Below, piece after piece: positions 53,232-64,000 of a DNA stretch of 64,000 bases. The stretch comes from Perkinsus chesapeaki ATCC PRA-425 (Eukaryota; Protista; Perkinsozoa): contig JAAPAO010000112.1 of NCBI GenBank assembly GCA_013115145.1, positions 1 to 64,000 of the forward strand, given 5' to 3'. The position numbers were made by a program, and so were the translations under genes. The notes beneath the pieces are model-generated. The model was not told the DNA's origin and ran no database searches. It worked only from the letters and a program-made list of their open reading frames with translations. The number at the start of each line of letters is the position of its first letter. Positions within the stretch are counted from its first letter, which is position 1.

Positions 53232-54184
53232 TTAATTGTCTTGGAGCTAAGTAATACTGAAGACTGACGAGCTTGGGATTCATTTAGTTGTCTTAGAACT
53301 AAGTCTAATACTAAGTTTATACGCGTGTAAAGTGCTCTATGTTGCACTCTACAAATACTTGGCGGAAAATCCACCCGTTCCAATATGGCTGCTCGATGAG
53401 GAGGTATTACTCGTCTAGGGAACTGAGTCACTTTTTCCTGTAGAGCTCCCCGTGAAGGGTTGTGGGTAACCCTAAACACATAGTGTACCGTACGCATGCC
53501 TGGTGGGAGGATTCTGTACTCTGTTGCAGTCGGGTGGGCACGCGTGCGGTGAGCGAGTCTTGAGAAGGGAAGATTCACCGGAATTTTTGACGCGGGTTGT
53601 TGGTCGAGAGTGAGCTTCACCTACGCTCCATTACTTGCCCGCGATGTCTCGAGCAAGTGTACACAATCAACATAGATAGACCACCCGCGATAGCACTCGC
53701 GATTACAGGAACTTTAGCTATAATGACGACAGAGCGAGATAAAGGTAACGAGAAGCACGTTACCGAAAGAACGGAAGATAGCGATGCACGAGTGAGAAAA
53801 GAGTATCAAGGCGAAATTCCCGATTAGCATTCGAACTAAAGTGTCAGAGTAGGTGTGCGCTTACGATGCCCCTAAAACCAAATCTTGAGCACTTGCATCT
53901 TCTCAGCTTCGCGTACGCGTGTGCAAATGTTGTTTTCAACAACTTGAGTTGATGCTTACCTTGTACCCAGTAGTTAATTGGCGGATCAAGTCATACTTGC
54001 GAAGGTTCGGTTACTGGTAGGTTGCTGTGTACATTTTAGGCCAGCGTGGACAATGTTATCTACTTTGTTGGTATTGAAGTTCACCAAGTGAACCCACAAC
54101 AAGTGTAACCACCGCTGGATAAAGGTGTGACAGCACCGACATTCCGAGCGATGCATGCGACGCAGAGGCCTCGTTGCAGTTCAT
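53228..54184 (-). CDS. Hypothetical membrane protein
   Basis: Hydrophobic exon frames (MLIGNFALILFSHSCIAIF, IASAIAGGLSMLIVY) between GT-AG introns. The gene model is poorly resolved. Confidence 0.3.
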
Positions 54185-54249
54185 TGTATTACCTTAAATG
54201 ATTAAATGCGTAGGTGTGTATTATTTAGTTGTTAAATAAGTCCTATATA

Positions 54250-56396
54250 ATGGCTAATCGGATACCTGTGGATGACTTGAAACAAGAACTCTTGGCATGG
54301 TAGTAGTAGTAACCCTTCTTATGGCATCTAATAAGACCCTAACAATAATAATACACTCTATCCTTTCCTTAACCCCATACTCTACTGTCTCCATCATTTC
54401 CACTGAATAGTCTTCAAAGCCTTGTGCGGTATCGACTATAACCTATAATACAGAATCTCGATAGGTATCTGGATAGCTTAAAACTATCGGTAATACCGAA
54501 TCCAGTAAGCCCATCAGACTTTGATATTGGCTCACCTATTGTTACATCATCTGAGCCTGATTTTCACATGCCCGTTGATGGCCATACCCCTGACCCTGAT
54601 GCGGCGGGTAGAGCTACTCCTCCTCTGGTAGGCTCAGAGGAATCTGGTATTAATAGCGATGAGCTACTGCTGCTGCTGTCATGTGATAGTGTTTAGAATC
54701 ACCAGCACCTCCAACACCATCCGAGTCAGCAACTGATGAAACACCTCCAGTAGCACAGCTCTCACAGGACGCTCAATCGGCCAAGAAACTAGCACTTGTG
54801 CTTGATCTTGACCATACCTTAGTCAATGCAGTACCGCAGGTAGAAGGGAAGGCAGATGATAATCTTAGGAACAAGCGACTTTTGCAGCCACCAACTATGC
54901 CGCGGTATTCTGATAGAGTTGTTGAGGCATTGGGAATAGACCTTCATCAGACAGAACTTCCTATGCAAACCGGCAAAGAACCACATTTTGTTAAGCTACG
55001 GCCGGGTAGGTGGATAGGGCTGCTCCGGGCTGCTGCTTACAAATGTTCTATACTTAGGTGTTCATGAATTCTTGGAGTCACTTGAGCCAATGTACGAATT
55101 CTATATTCATACCAAGGCGACTAGAGTGTATCTAGAATACGTTATGGAAGTAGTATAGGTGGGGGAATATAGTTAGAAGTGGCTAATACTGCTTAGGCAC
55201 TAGACCCCCAAAGTAAAGGTTTCTTCCGTAATGATAATGTATTCTCAAGATGTGATGATATGAAGCATGGTTCTAATGAAAATAAAGATATAAGAGCAGT
55301 TTGCTCGAGGCCTCGAGAGGAAGTTATTATACTTGATGATAAGTGAGTTAACACTAAAGCGATAAGTATTCCTTAATGCACGCTTAGAGATAAGATATGG
55401 CTTGATTTCCAGCCAAACGTGATTAAATGTCCACCATACAAGTATATGGATCAAAAGCTATTACAAGTGGTTCGGGCATTAAAGCAAACATCCGACTGGT
55501 TAAAGGATGGTGGTGAAGAAAGCGGTTATCCTAAACCAGAGCTTGATGATGCATCTAAGAATTTTGACGGGTAGTTGTAGTACTCGGGTTTGATGATGAT
55601 CCGTGTGCAATGGATTCCTGTCAAGTAGTGTTATTATCTATCAGATACCTTCCCGCCATGGTCCGTGTTTTTACTGACATACACCATCGGTACTGTAACG
55701 CTTTAGCAGAGGCTGATGCTGATGGTTTTGTTGTTGATGTTAAGGATATCATAGATGATGTTAGAAAGCAGACATTTAAGAATTGTCGTATTATGCTCAC
55801 TGGTACTCAATATAGCTGTGGGGTGTAGTATACCACCGCTCAGGCTTTAATCAAAATGAAGCTTCGGACAGAGCAGAAATGATAGAAATGTACGGTGGTA
55901 CAGTTGTTAATAATGTTGAAGATGAACCAACTCATTTAGTATGTGCTAAGGGTGGTACTGCTAAGGTAATTGTAACCTGGGATGGGGGTGGCATCGCCTT
56001 CATTATGTTCAGTGTCATATGATAACGAAGGCGATGAAGGAAGATTCACTTAAATGCAAGATAGTGCATCCATGCTGGCTTGATCATGGTTTTGCAACAT
56101 GGAAGCATCCAAGTGAATTCATATTCGAGGTAACCCCGTCTGACATCATCGTAGTTCGTCTGTTATCTACATCGCACTGGAGTCGTTGGTTTTGTTAGAT
56201 TGGCAAGTTCACAGCTGATCCACGTACCGGACAATATCCCGTCATGGATCACTTCTTTGTTAAATATTTGGCCGATACGCACGAGAAGATGGAAGAGAAG
56301 GCTCATAGGAAGCGTCGGGAAGCCACTACCAGCTCAAGCAATAATTCCTCGTCTGCAAGCCAACAACAACAACAAACCGTTTCTGATGGTGGTTGA
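54250..56396 (+). CDS. FCP1: RNA polymerase II CTD phosphatase Fcp1 (HAD/NIF domain + BRCT)
   Basis: KLALVLDLDHTLVN (DxDxT), FVKLRPGVHEFL, EFYIHTKATRVY and VIILDDK. BRCT: FKNCRIMLTG...YGGTVV...PTHLVCAKGGTAK...VHPCWL. Confidence 0.92.
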
Positions 56397-56753
56397 CGTA
56401 AGCACCTCATGTTTAGTTCATTGAAAGTATTCAAAATTGCACTTACAATAGCAGTAATGATGGCTAAGCCATCATGGCTTGATGAAAATTATACCGATCT
56501 GAAGGGGTTGACTATCTAATATCGAGATGAGTGTAACAATTATCAAGGAGCTTCCTCAGTAGGCACCAACGACATCGATGTATCTACCAAACACTTTAAC
56601 TAGTGAACATACCACGACATGACAACGAGGCAATTGACCAAGAACAAACATTGATGACATTTTGAAATGAAACACGTTTAGAAGATGGTAGTTATCGCCT
56701 AGATAGCAAACTGCTGAAATGGAGCTGACCGAAGCTACTGCACACAAGTATCA

Positions 56754-58945
56754 TCATCGATCACCTGGTGTCCACCATTCGAAGGAAACACGTACCTACA
56801 ATGGGGACATGTAGCAGTCATGATTATCGATAAACCATCCCCAGTGGGAAGAGTGCGTACAAACCTGAGCTGGCCGATACACCTTGATCGTAGCCGTGGC
56901 GCAAAGATTCCCCGAGTAGGCCGAGAGAGACAGGGAGTAACGGTATAATGAGGGACTTACTTGAATGCCTTCGAATGCTCGACAAAACTTTAACATCGCA
57001 TAAATGCACGATAAGCAAGGGAAGTGTGAGACATGTAGATGGAGCCAGCCTTTGCTATTATTCGATAACATACCAGATACCATGTTGAGTGCCGAGAGTT
57101 CAGCATGAGAGGATCTATCGTTTATCACATACAAGCCTGTTAAAAGCTCGTGGGGCGGATCACGCATGCCGCTGGCATCATCATCAATGCTGTCGGTTAT
57201 ATCTGATCTTGCATGGATATTGGGCATACTTTTAGCGCCGCCATCGATCACAAAAGCATCAGTGTCTCGTCCATCGATGGACAGTTCCACTTCGCATGTT
57301 ATATATTTGGCTGTGGGCTGCCGGAAGCCTCGATCTCTACGCTCCATGCATCTAGGCACATAAGGACAGTGGAGGATTCCTAGTAGGTCAAGCAATCGAC
57401 CGGTAGTGACAGGGCCGACATGTCCTGCTGTCAACCTATGCCGTATTTCACTTGCATCGGAATGTTTCAATAGATGAATTAGCTCGGCAAGATCGGGCTT
57501 AGGTGGCATGTCAGCTTCGCGGAGACCGGCGAGAGATGAAGCATCCCATAACATTACAGTATCTATCAGTTTACTATTCTCGGATACCGTCGTGCATATA
57601 GTATCAATACGTTGAAGTTGTGATGGTCGAGCAAGTTGAACACATCGCTCTATTAAAAGCAACCCATCAGTGCTTAGAGAATCTCGGGATCCGAAGCCAA
57701 CCGATAGAGCCCATGCAAACTTGGGTACATCAGGAGCATGCAATCGATCAATTAACACTGTGAGGGGTTCGATGAAGTCACTGAAGTGCCCAACCGTTTT
57801 AGCTAAAGACCACACTGCGATGACGATATCGCCAGATGTCGCGGAGCTATCATCTGCCAAGTACAAGAGAATCTGCCGGGCCTTCTCGGGACTCAGAGGG
57901 TTGCTTGTCGTCAACGCAGCAAGCCGAGATACAGACCACAGTAGCGTAGAAAGGCTCCGTGTTGAAGGCCTCTCTAACAAGCTCGTGTGGGCAATATTGG
58001 CGACCGTGTTACAAACCTATAAAATAGAAATGTACATAACGGTTGTCAATGATACTACTTGAGGAGCTCTCCATTCAAGTAGATTAGAAGGAGCAAGAGA
58101 AGCGAATCCGTGCGCAGCTGTTGCGAACTCGACTAGATCTGGTTTGGGTACTTCTATGAACCACTTATTCGCTATGATAGGGAACCTCAATAAGACATCG
58201 TCTATCCTTGCTAATCTCATAACTAAACTACAAGCTACAGGCATTGCGGTATTGTTGTTACATACCTCCTAGGTCCCTGATATCAGCTAAAGTACGTAGG
58301 ACCATCCCCAGGGTATTCAGCTCAGCATCTTGGAAGGTAATCCCAAGATATTTCAATATGAGCAATTGGGCGACGGGTAAGATCGCTCTGCATAATAGAA
58401 AGCTTGATGGTTCTTGATCAGATTGTTGTTACTTACTCACGATGCCCCGATATGGCAATGAGCTTGCAGACTTCAGGAATATTCCATTCGTTGAGAAGTC
58501 CTTTATCAATAAGACGATTCAAAAACTCGTCGGTGATATTAGTAGCACTCTTGGTAGATGACAATACAACACATAAAACATCTTTAGGCTGCTGCTGCTG
58601 CTGCCGCCGCTCGTTTGTTGTCGATAATGATTCCATAGCACGGGGAAGGATTCCCTCAGCCTCCGAATCTAAACCCTCAAAGGTGAGCCTTCGAATGAGC
58701 TCAGCGCAGTCCCTGAATGATAGCTGTGGCGGTAGCTGACCAACGGCCTGTTTTGTTAGCTCTTGCGGCGCACCAATGCGCATGGCTAGTGTGACCAGTT
58801 GAGTGAAAACTGCCGGGGGCAGACCTGGGCGGAGGGCCGCTCGCACGGCTTCCGCTCCTAAAGACATGTCCTTGCCCCTCGTGGAAGCGATGCGCGCTCG
58901 CAGCAACTTGAGTAGAAGTACTGGGGGCCTCGTAATCGTTGTCAT
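56754..58945 (-). CDS. OPR/HPR-like helical-repeat protein with C-terminal zinc-dependent (cytidine/adenosine deaminase-fold) domain; putative organellar targeting peptide
   Basis: Five exons join in frame through canonical introns. Features: R-rich, acid-free leader MTTITRPPVLLLKLLRARIASTRGK; repeats RSLSTLLWSVSRL, GDIVIAVWSLAKT, PDVPKFAWALSV; HAE at 57099-57107; VSHFPCLSC with PCLSC at 57006-57020; last exon VRVSFEWWTPGDR*. Confidence 0.82.
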
Positions 58946-59250
58946 GTATAAAGGAGCGTAATTAATTAAACAACTGCATTAAATTTGAGGAGCAATGCAC
59001 TCGATAAATCCCTGCCGTCTAATTGAGCGGAAGACTAAACACACAAGAGCTGTGGGTAATGCTTGCGTAATGTACAATAATCCTAGATAAGGGACAAGAG
59101 GGGCGAAAGCGTTAACAACAATCAGTTTCATCATCTCAGTCATTTATAAAAACTATAGAATGCTACTAGAAGATCGATTAGCTGCATGATTATGCAGCTC
59201 TCCTCCTCTCTAACCACCGGACCACTCAGGTGTCGTCATCGCCATCATCA

Positions 59251-61390
59251 TCAACTGTGAGATATCTTCGTGAGGTCGGCGGTAAGAGCACCTATGGCTC
59301 CTACATATCCTTCGTGTTGAAGGAACAGGACATCAACGGGGTCGCCCATTCCAATAGATGACGGTGGAAGTGCCGGCGTTGGAGCTGAAGTATAAAAGAT
59401 ACTCGAGGCACCGTGGGGTGAGGCGCTTCATTCTATACAGGACGAGTTAACACCGTTAGTGAGGAACAAACGCAATATTCTAGAGTATAACCCCGAGGAA
59501 ATACGCTCCTAGAACTGCTATTTCCCAAAGTGGAAGAACTTGACAAAGGACAGACGGTAAAATAGAGCGAGAGATACAGTTAGTGAGAGCTTACTCTTAT
59601 CTTGGTTCCTTGTTGGTATAGGTAGCCCTAGGGAGTTAGGGTCATGAAACCCGAAGCCATTATCCTCATCAGAGACATCACCTGAAGGCACTAACGAGCT
59701 GCATCCTGCTGAGGATGATGCCATTCAAGAAGTCTCACCACTTGGTCTTATATGATCCGTTTGCCTATTCTGCTGTTGAGGTTGGCCCCACTGTTGATAC
59801 CACTCCACCGCGTAGCTGACAATGAGCTCAGACTGTAACTGGATAAGCTCTCTCCCTACCTGATGCTCGCCATCGTAGGCTCGTGCTTATTCACATATTT
59901 CCCTAACAACAAGTTGGCTACTATTAAGTAAGTGTACTTTGACGTACCACTGAAAAAAAATGTACTGCACTTATTGATCTTGGCAACAAGGTAAGAGATA
60001 TATCCAATATTGTAAGATACCATCTGTATCAACGACTGGGCTAAGTCCTCTCGAGCAGGATGTGATGATATCGCTTCATCCTCTCGGGAGCCAGTGAATC
60101 CAGCGCAACAGTTAACTAGAAAGAAGATAGAAGGGTAGAGTAGCTGCTGCTGCTGTCCCACACCTGTAGAAGCAGAGACACTATCGATTCGGGGGCAGTC
60201 TGTGGTGAAGAGCTTTCCCATCGAACTTGCTAAGGTATCATCGGACCACATGCCATGCTCGGGTCCCGGCTGGGTCCCCATGAGATCTCCCACTGATAGA
60301 TCTGCTCGACGGGCATCTCCCCACCTAGAAGTTAATGAGAAATAGCCTACTAAGCTGGTGAAGGTTACCGGCTGAGTTCGATGATCTCTTCGAAGCTCTG
60401 CGCATTGAACATTAGAGAGCCGAGACCGAGAACCTACTCAAGCTTGTTGATTAAAGACACAAATTAGAGAACAGTCAAGAAGCTTTGATTTTTCATACCG
60501 TTCCGCCGCCAACAGATGTCCCAGATACCCTTCTGTATTTGTCAGGCCCTTCGACTTTCAATATAGACACCCCTGAACCTGGGCGACACAGCTACACAAG
60601 CACTACTATAAGCAACGGTACCTATGTTACATAATAGGAAAGGGAAGAATCCTCTTCCCTCTACGCTATGCATATCGGTAGTATCTATCACTTGACGGCG
60701 TTTATGTTTGATATTATATCGAAACAGTGAGCCATCAGTGTTGAGTAATAGTGATAATCCACTGATGAGGATATGTTGCATTAAACCAACATTTCACAAC
60801 TTACCTCACGAGACTGTCCATTTCATCTACTTTGATTATATCGGCATCTAGCTCTTCGCGTATCACAGAGGCAAACTTCACTGCCCCTCCACCTTACATA
60901 ACAACAACAGTTCTATTCTCATCTACTCTACCAATCCTCACCAGTAGCTCGTATTGTCGGTCTTGGTAAGGTTCCCAAGGGGTAATGTTCCAAAACAACA
61001 AGCTTCAAAAATGCCATCTAATGACCCTTATACTATCAATACGACCATGTAGACCTACCGCAGAGCTAAGAAGACCCTCCCGGCTCGAGAATAGAAAGAA
61101 CGCGAGCAAGTCGCCACCAGATGTTTTCAATGACCTCTCATCTCGGCTCACCGATAGCCCTTCCTCTTTCAGACGCTCAACTGAAATGAAGTGATACGAA
61201 GCCTTGTCATCACAAGTTGTATAGAGGTCCTTATGAGATGTTATGTACTGTTATGACTATTGTTGACTGTAAGGGGGCCGGTCACCTTACCCGGAATCAT
61301 TCTCTCGACACAGGCAACTTTAGCAAGCGTTCCACCAATGTCGAGTGCTAACCAATTCACCACTTCGTGTGGTCCTCCGGATGAGTCCAT
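59251..61390 (-). CDS. PANK: Type II (eukaryotic, fumble-family) pantothenate kinase
   Basis: LALDIGGTLAKV, ATGGGAVKF, VDEMDSLVRG, FPFLLCNIGSGVSILKV...RVSGTSVGGGT, TLASSMGKL, EDLAQSLIQMVSYNIG and LFLQHEGYVGAIGAL. Confidence 0.93.
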
Positions 61391-61586
61391 TTGTAACAAG
61401 TGTTACTGCTACTACCGACTACAGGCTGCCAAGAACTTGGTGAACACAACGATAAGAAAAGTGAGAAACGTTTTGACGTGATGCTGCCGCTGCTGTTGGT
61501 AGTAGTAGTAGTAGCTCGCAATATACAAGATATAATAATCAACGTTGGTAAAGGGAAGTCCTTACAAGGATGCATCATCCTCATCA

Positions 61587-64000
61587 TCATCGCCGACCTC
61601 GGCCCTTCTTTCCTGATAAGAAAGAAATAGAGAAGAAGAAAAGGGCAGTCAGAGGCTCACCAATATCACCACCGATGGCGAAGGATCTCTTCGGGGCTCC
61701 GCGCTGGGCGAACTTCTCAGCCTGTTTAGCTCGGAAGGCAGCCTGTTAAATGATGGAACCCTGAATAGGAAAGCAATGTTTACCTTGCTCTTCGCTGCAA
61801 ATGCCTTCCGCCGTTTGGGATCTTGCATTATCTTAGTCATTGTCTTCTTCTTACGATTCTTAGCAATCCTAAGGTTCACCAGACTAGTCAGAGCAAAGTC
61901 TGATAACACCCTACTGGTTCGCGGCTAATAGCTCATCCTTGGCATTGTCCCCTCTCGATGTTACTCCAACTCTGTTCATCACTCTTTCTTGCTTACCTAA
62001 CTGTCGTTTCTGTTTGTTCGTTAGGAACCTAGCAAAGGCAAATGAAGCCTATCTACTTGATAGAAAAGGCCTACTCTTTCTGGACTTCACCATGGAACTG
62101 TTTCACAGTCCGAGCCCCGTCCTGTCTAGATGGCTCCTCCGCATCCTCATGGTCACTCTCAATAGTAATCGCCTTCTTCGGCGCAGTGAAGTTTGAGCTC
62201 TAGCCAACACAATACTGGCTATCATTACACCACCTAACTAACCTGTTGTTTATCCTCAAGCTCACCAACCTTCTGAATCCTCTTGTGACTTGACTTCAAC
62301 CACTTAGAGTAAATATCACTCTTCTCCATCTCACCGCTCACCAACTGAAAACAACAAGTACATCTTCACATCCTACAATCTCAAAGCAGCAGCAGCAGCA
62401 GCTGACCTTGCCAGCTTCATTACGCCTCTTCCTCGGTGCAATTGGCGCACCACCATCACCAGCAACCATCACTGGCAAATACCTACGATAAGTACACCAC
62501 TTAAGCAGGTGTATTTCAAACCCTACTTCTTCTTTCTTGCATCCCATCTCATAACACTTTTAGCCTTTGTCATCGACTCTCGGTCATCTGGCACTAAGTC
62601 TAACTGAGCCTTCTCTATGTCAAGCTGCCTATCCCTCTCCTTTGCTTCTACCGACTCCGGATCGGCATCAACAGAGCCTAATGAAGCACATTATTACTAT
62701 TAAAGATACTCCGTCAAGCTTACCAAGATAAAACTCATCTGATCTACAAGTAGTCTGATTGAACACACTAACACCCTCCTCAAGGTGATAACGGGATTTC
62801 TTCTTCCCACTTTCCTCACTCTCCTGCTGTTGTACTTGTCCCCCTAGGAAAGCATCGTACGCAGCAAGCGCCATGATGACGTACCATTTTTCTGTAGCTT
62901 CTTCCTAGCTCTCTTGCTTAGGCGATGAGGCTTACTCTCTGGTTCCTCTGGCATCTGTCTCTTCTGTCCTATTGACTTAACCTGACAACACTCCGATAGA
63001 GCCCAATCGTTACCCAGGCCCGATCTACCTCTTCTTCATGGTAGTCTTCTTCCTCCTCATCGCTGTCACTCAAATTTCCCTCTTCCTCTAGTAACTCCTT
63101 TTGTTGCTTCTCCCTAGACATTTTCTTCAAGTCATGCCGAAGTTGTCTCGGTGCAACCTAACCCCTCGTATCCACTTCCCAACCACTATTAGTAGGAGGA
63201 GGCGGAGGCCTACCACATGCTGGGATATCTCCGCCATGGTCTCTGGTTTGATAACTGTCGTACCACTGGCAGATTTGGGTTGCTGTGATGGACGGAATGA
63301 TCCTGACACGTCGCTTATGCATTGAGTCCGTAATATTGCACTTTTAAAATGACTAGCAATAACCTACTCAACTGCGCAATCATATCCAACTTCTCTTTAA
63401 CATCTTCAACACTTTGAGACCCTAATCATATAAGCTAGGATACAAAGTCCTCGACCCTCACTTTACCAAGATCGGCTTTAGTCCGGAAAGCTGGGTGTGG
63501 AGTATCTAGTAGCCTCTGCGGTCCCCCTGCCTCAGCTCGGAGAATCCATTTAGCCCTTCTAACCTGAAACCACCATCATACTCATCAACAATATTGAGCC
63601 AACTTACACTCTGTTTGGATGCAGCTGGACGTGTTTTGTAGTAAAGATGATATGCACTCATCATTGACCGCTGGAGGGAGGCCAACTCGGCATCACTCGA
63701 TACCAGCCTACGGACCTAAAAACACCGTTGCAAGGGTTCGAACCTGCGCCCTGTAGCCTACTGTCTCCACTTCCTCCTGTACGCTGGGTATACCACCAAT
63801 AACACACAGCTTCTTATCATCCACATCTTCCCCACCTTCAGCGTCCCCTTCAGCAGGCACAGCATGATCTTTGTCTAGAGGCTGGAGACCGAGTTTCCGA
63901 CCTAAGATACACCACCCAATCAGTTCCTATGATCCCCCCGATGCCCATGCCCATGTCTTACCTAGGAACAGCATCAACTCCACTGCGTAGGGCATATCAT
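61587..64000 (-). CDS. DDX54: DEAD-box RNA helicase Dbp10/DDX54, C-terminal part (5' end outside window)
   Basis: DMPYAVELMLFLGRKL and YYKTRPAASKQSV, plus the DBP10 C-terminal motif LDLVPDD...MRWDARKKKY...NEAGKLV...IYSKWLK and KDELLAANQIAKNR. Confidence 0.88.

Noticed and set aside
55081-55092. TTGGCTCAAG on the minus strand, matching the 3' end of dinoflagellate/Perkinsus spliced leaders
   Set aside because: Only ~10 nt match, it lies inside FCP1 coding sequence (LEPMY) on the opposite strand, and the rest of the SL is absent.

Overview
Gene-dense eukaryotic genomic DNA with many short (~30-70 nt) GT-AG introns. The ORF track therefore captures only exon fragments, and I spliced the genes by eye, so boundaries are approximate. 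Intron style and protein content suggest an alveolate, most likely Perkinsus or a relative (inference, not a database result). The left ~33.5 kb is very AT-rich, with (AAT)n-like introns. It encodes a P4-ATPase flippase (5'-truncated), secreted orphan proteins, a tetraspanin-like protein, a CDK-like kinase apparently fused to a cyclin box, a signal-peptide-bearing stefin-type cystatin, GGACT, a GNB1L/ASA1-like WD40 protein, PAM16, an eIF4E, UTP12/WDR3 and UPF1. The right ~30 kb is clearly richer in GC. It encodes a GT15-like glycosyltransferase, a block of orphan genes, a cathepsin L-like protease, FCP1, pantothenate kinase and DDX54/DBP10 (5'-truncated). The top candidate for a novel system is at 56754-58945 (-): an organelle-targeted-looking protein with OPR/HPR-like helical repeats fused to an intact zinc-dependent deaminase domain (HAE...PCLSC). 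This parallels the PPR-DYW RNA-editing factors. The second candidate is the CDK-cyclin fusion at 10690-12716. I found no rRNA, tRNA, CRISPR array or convincing transposon.
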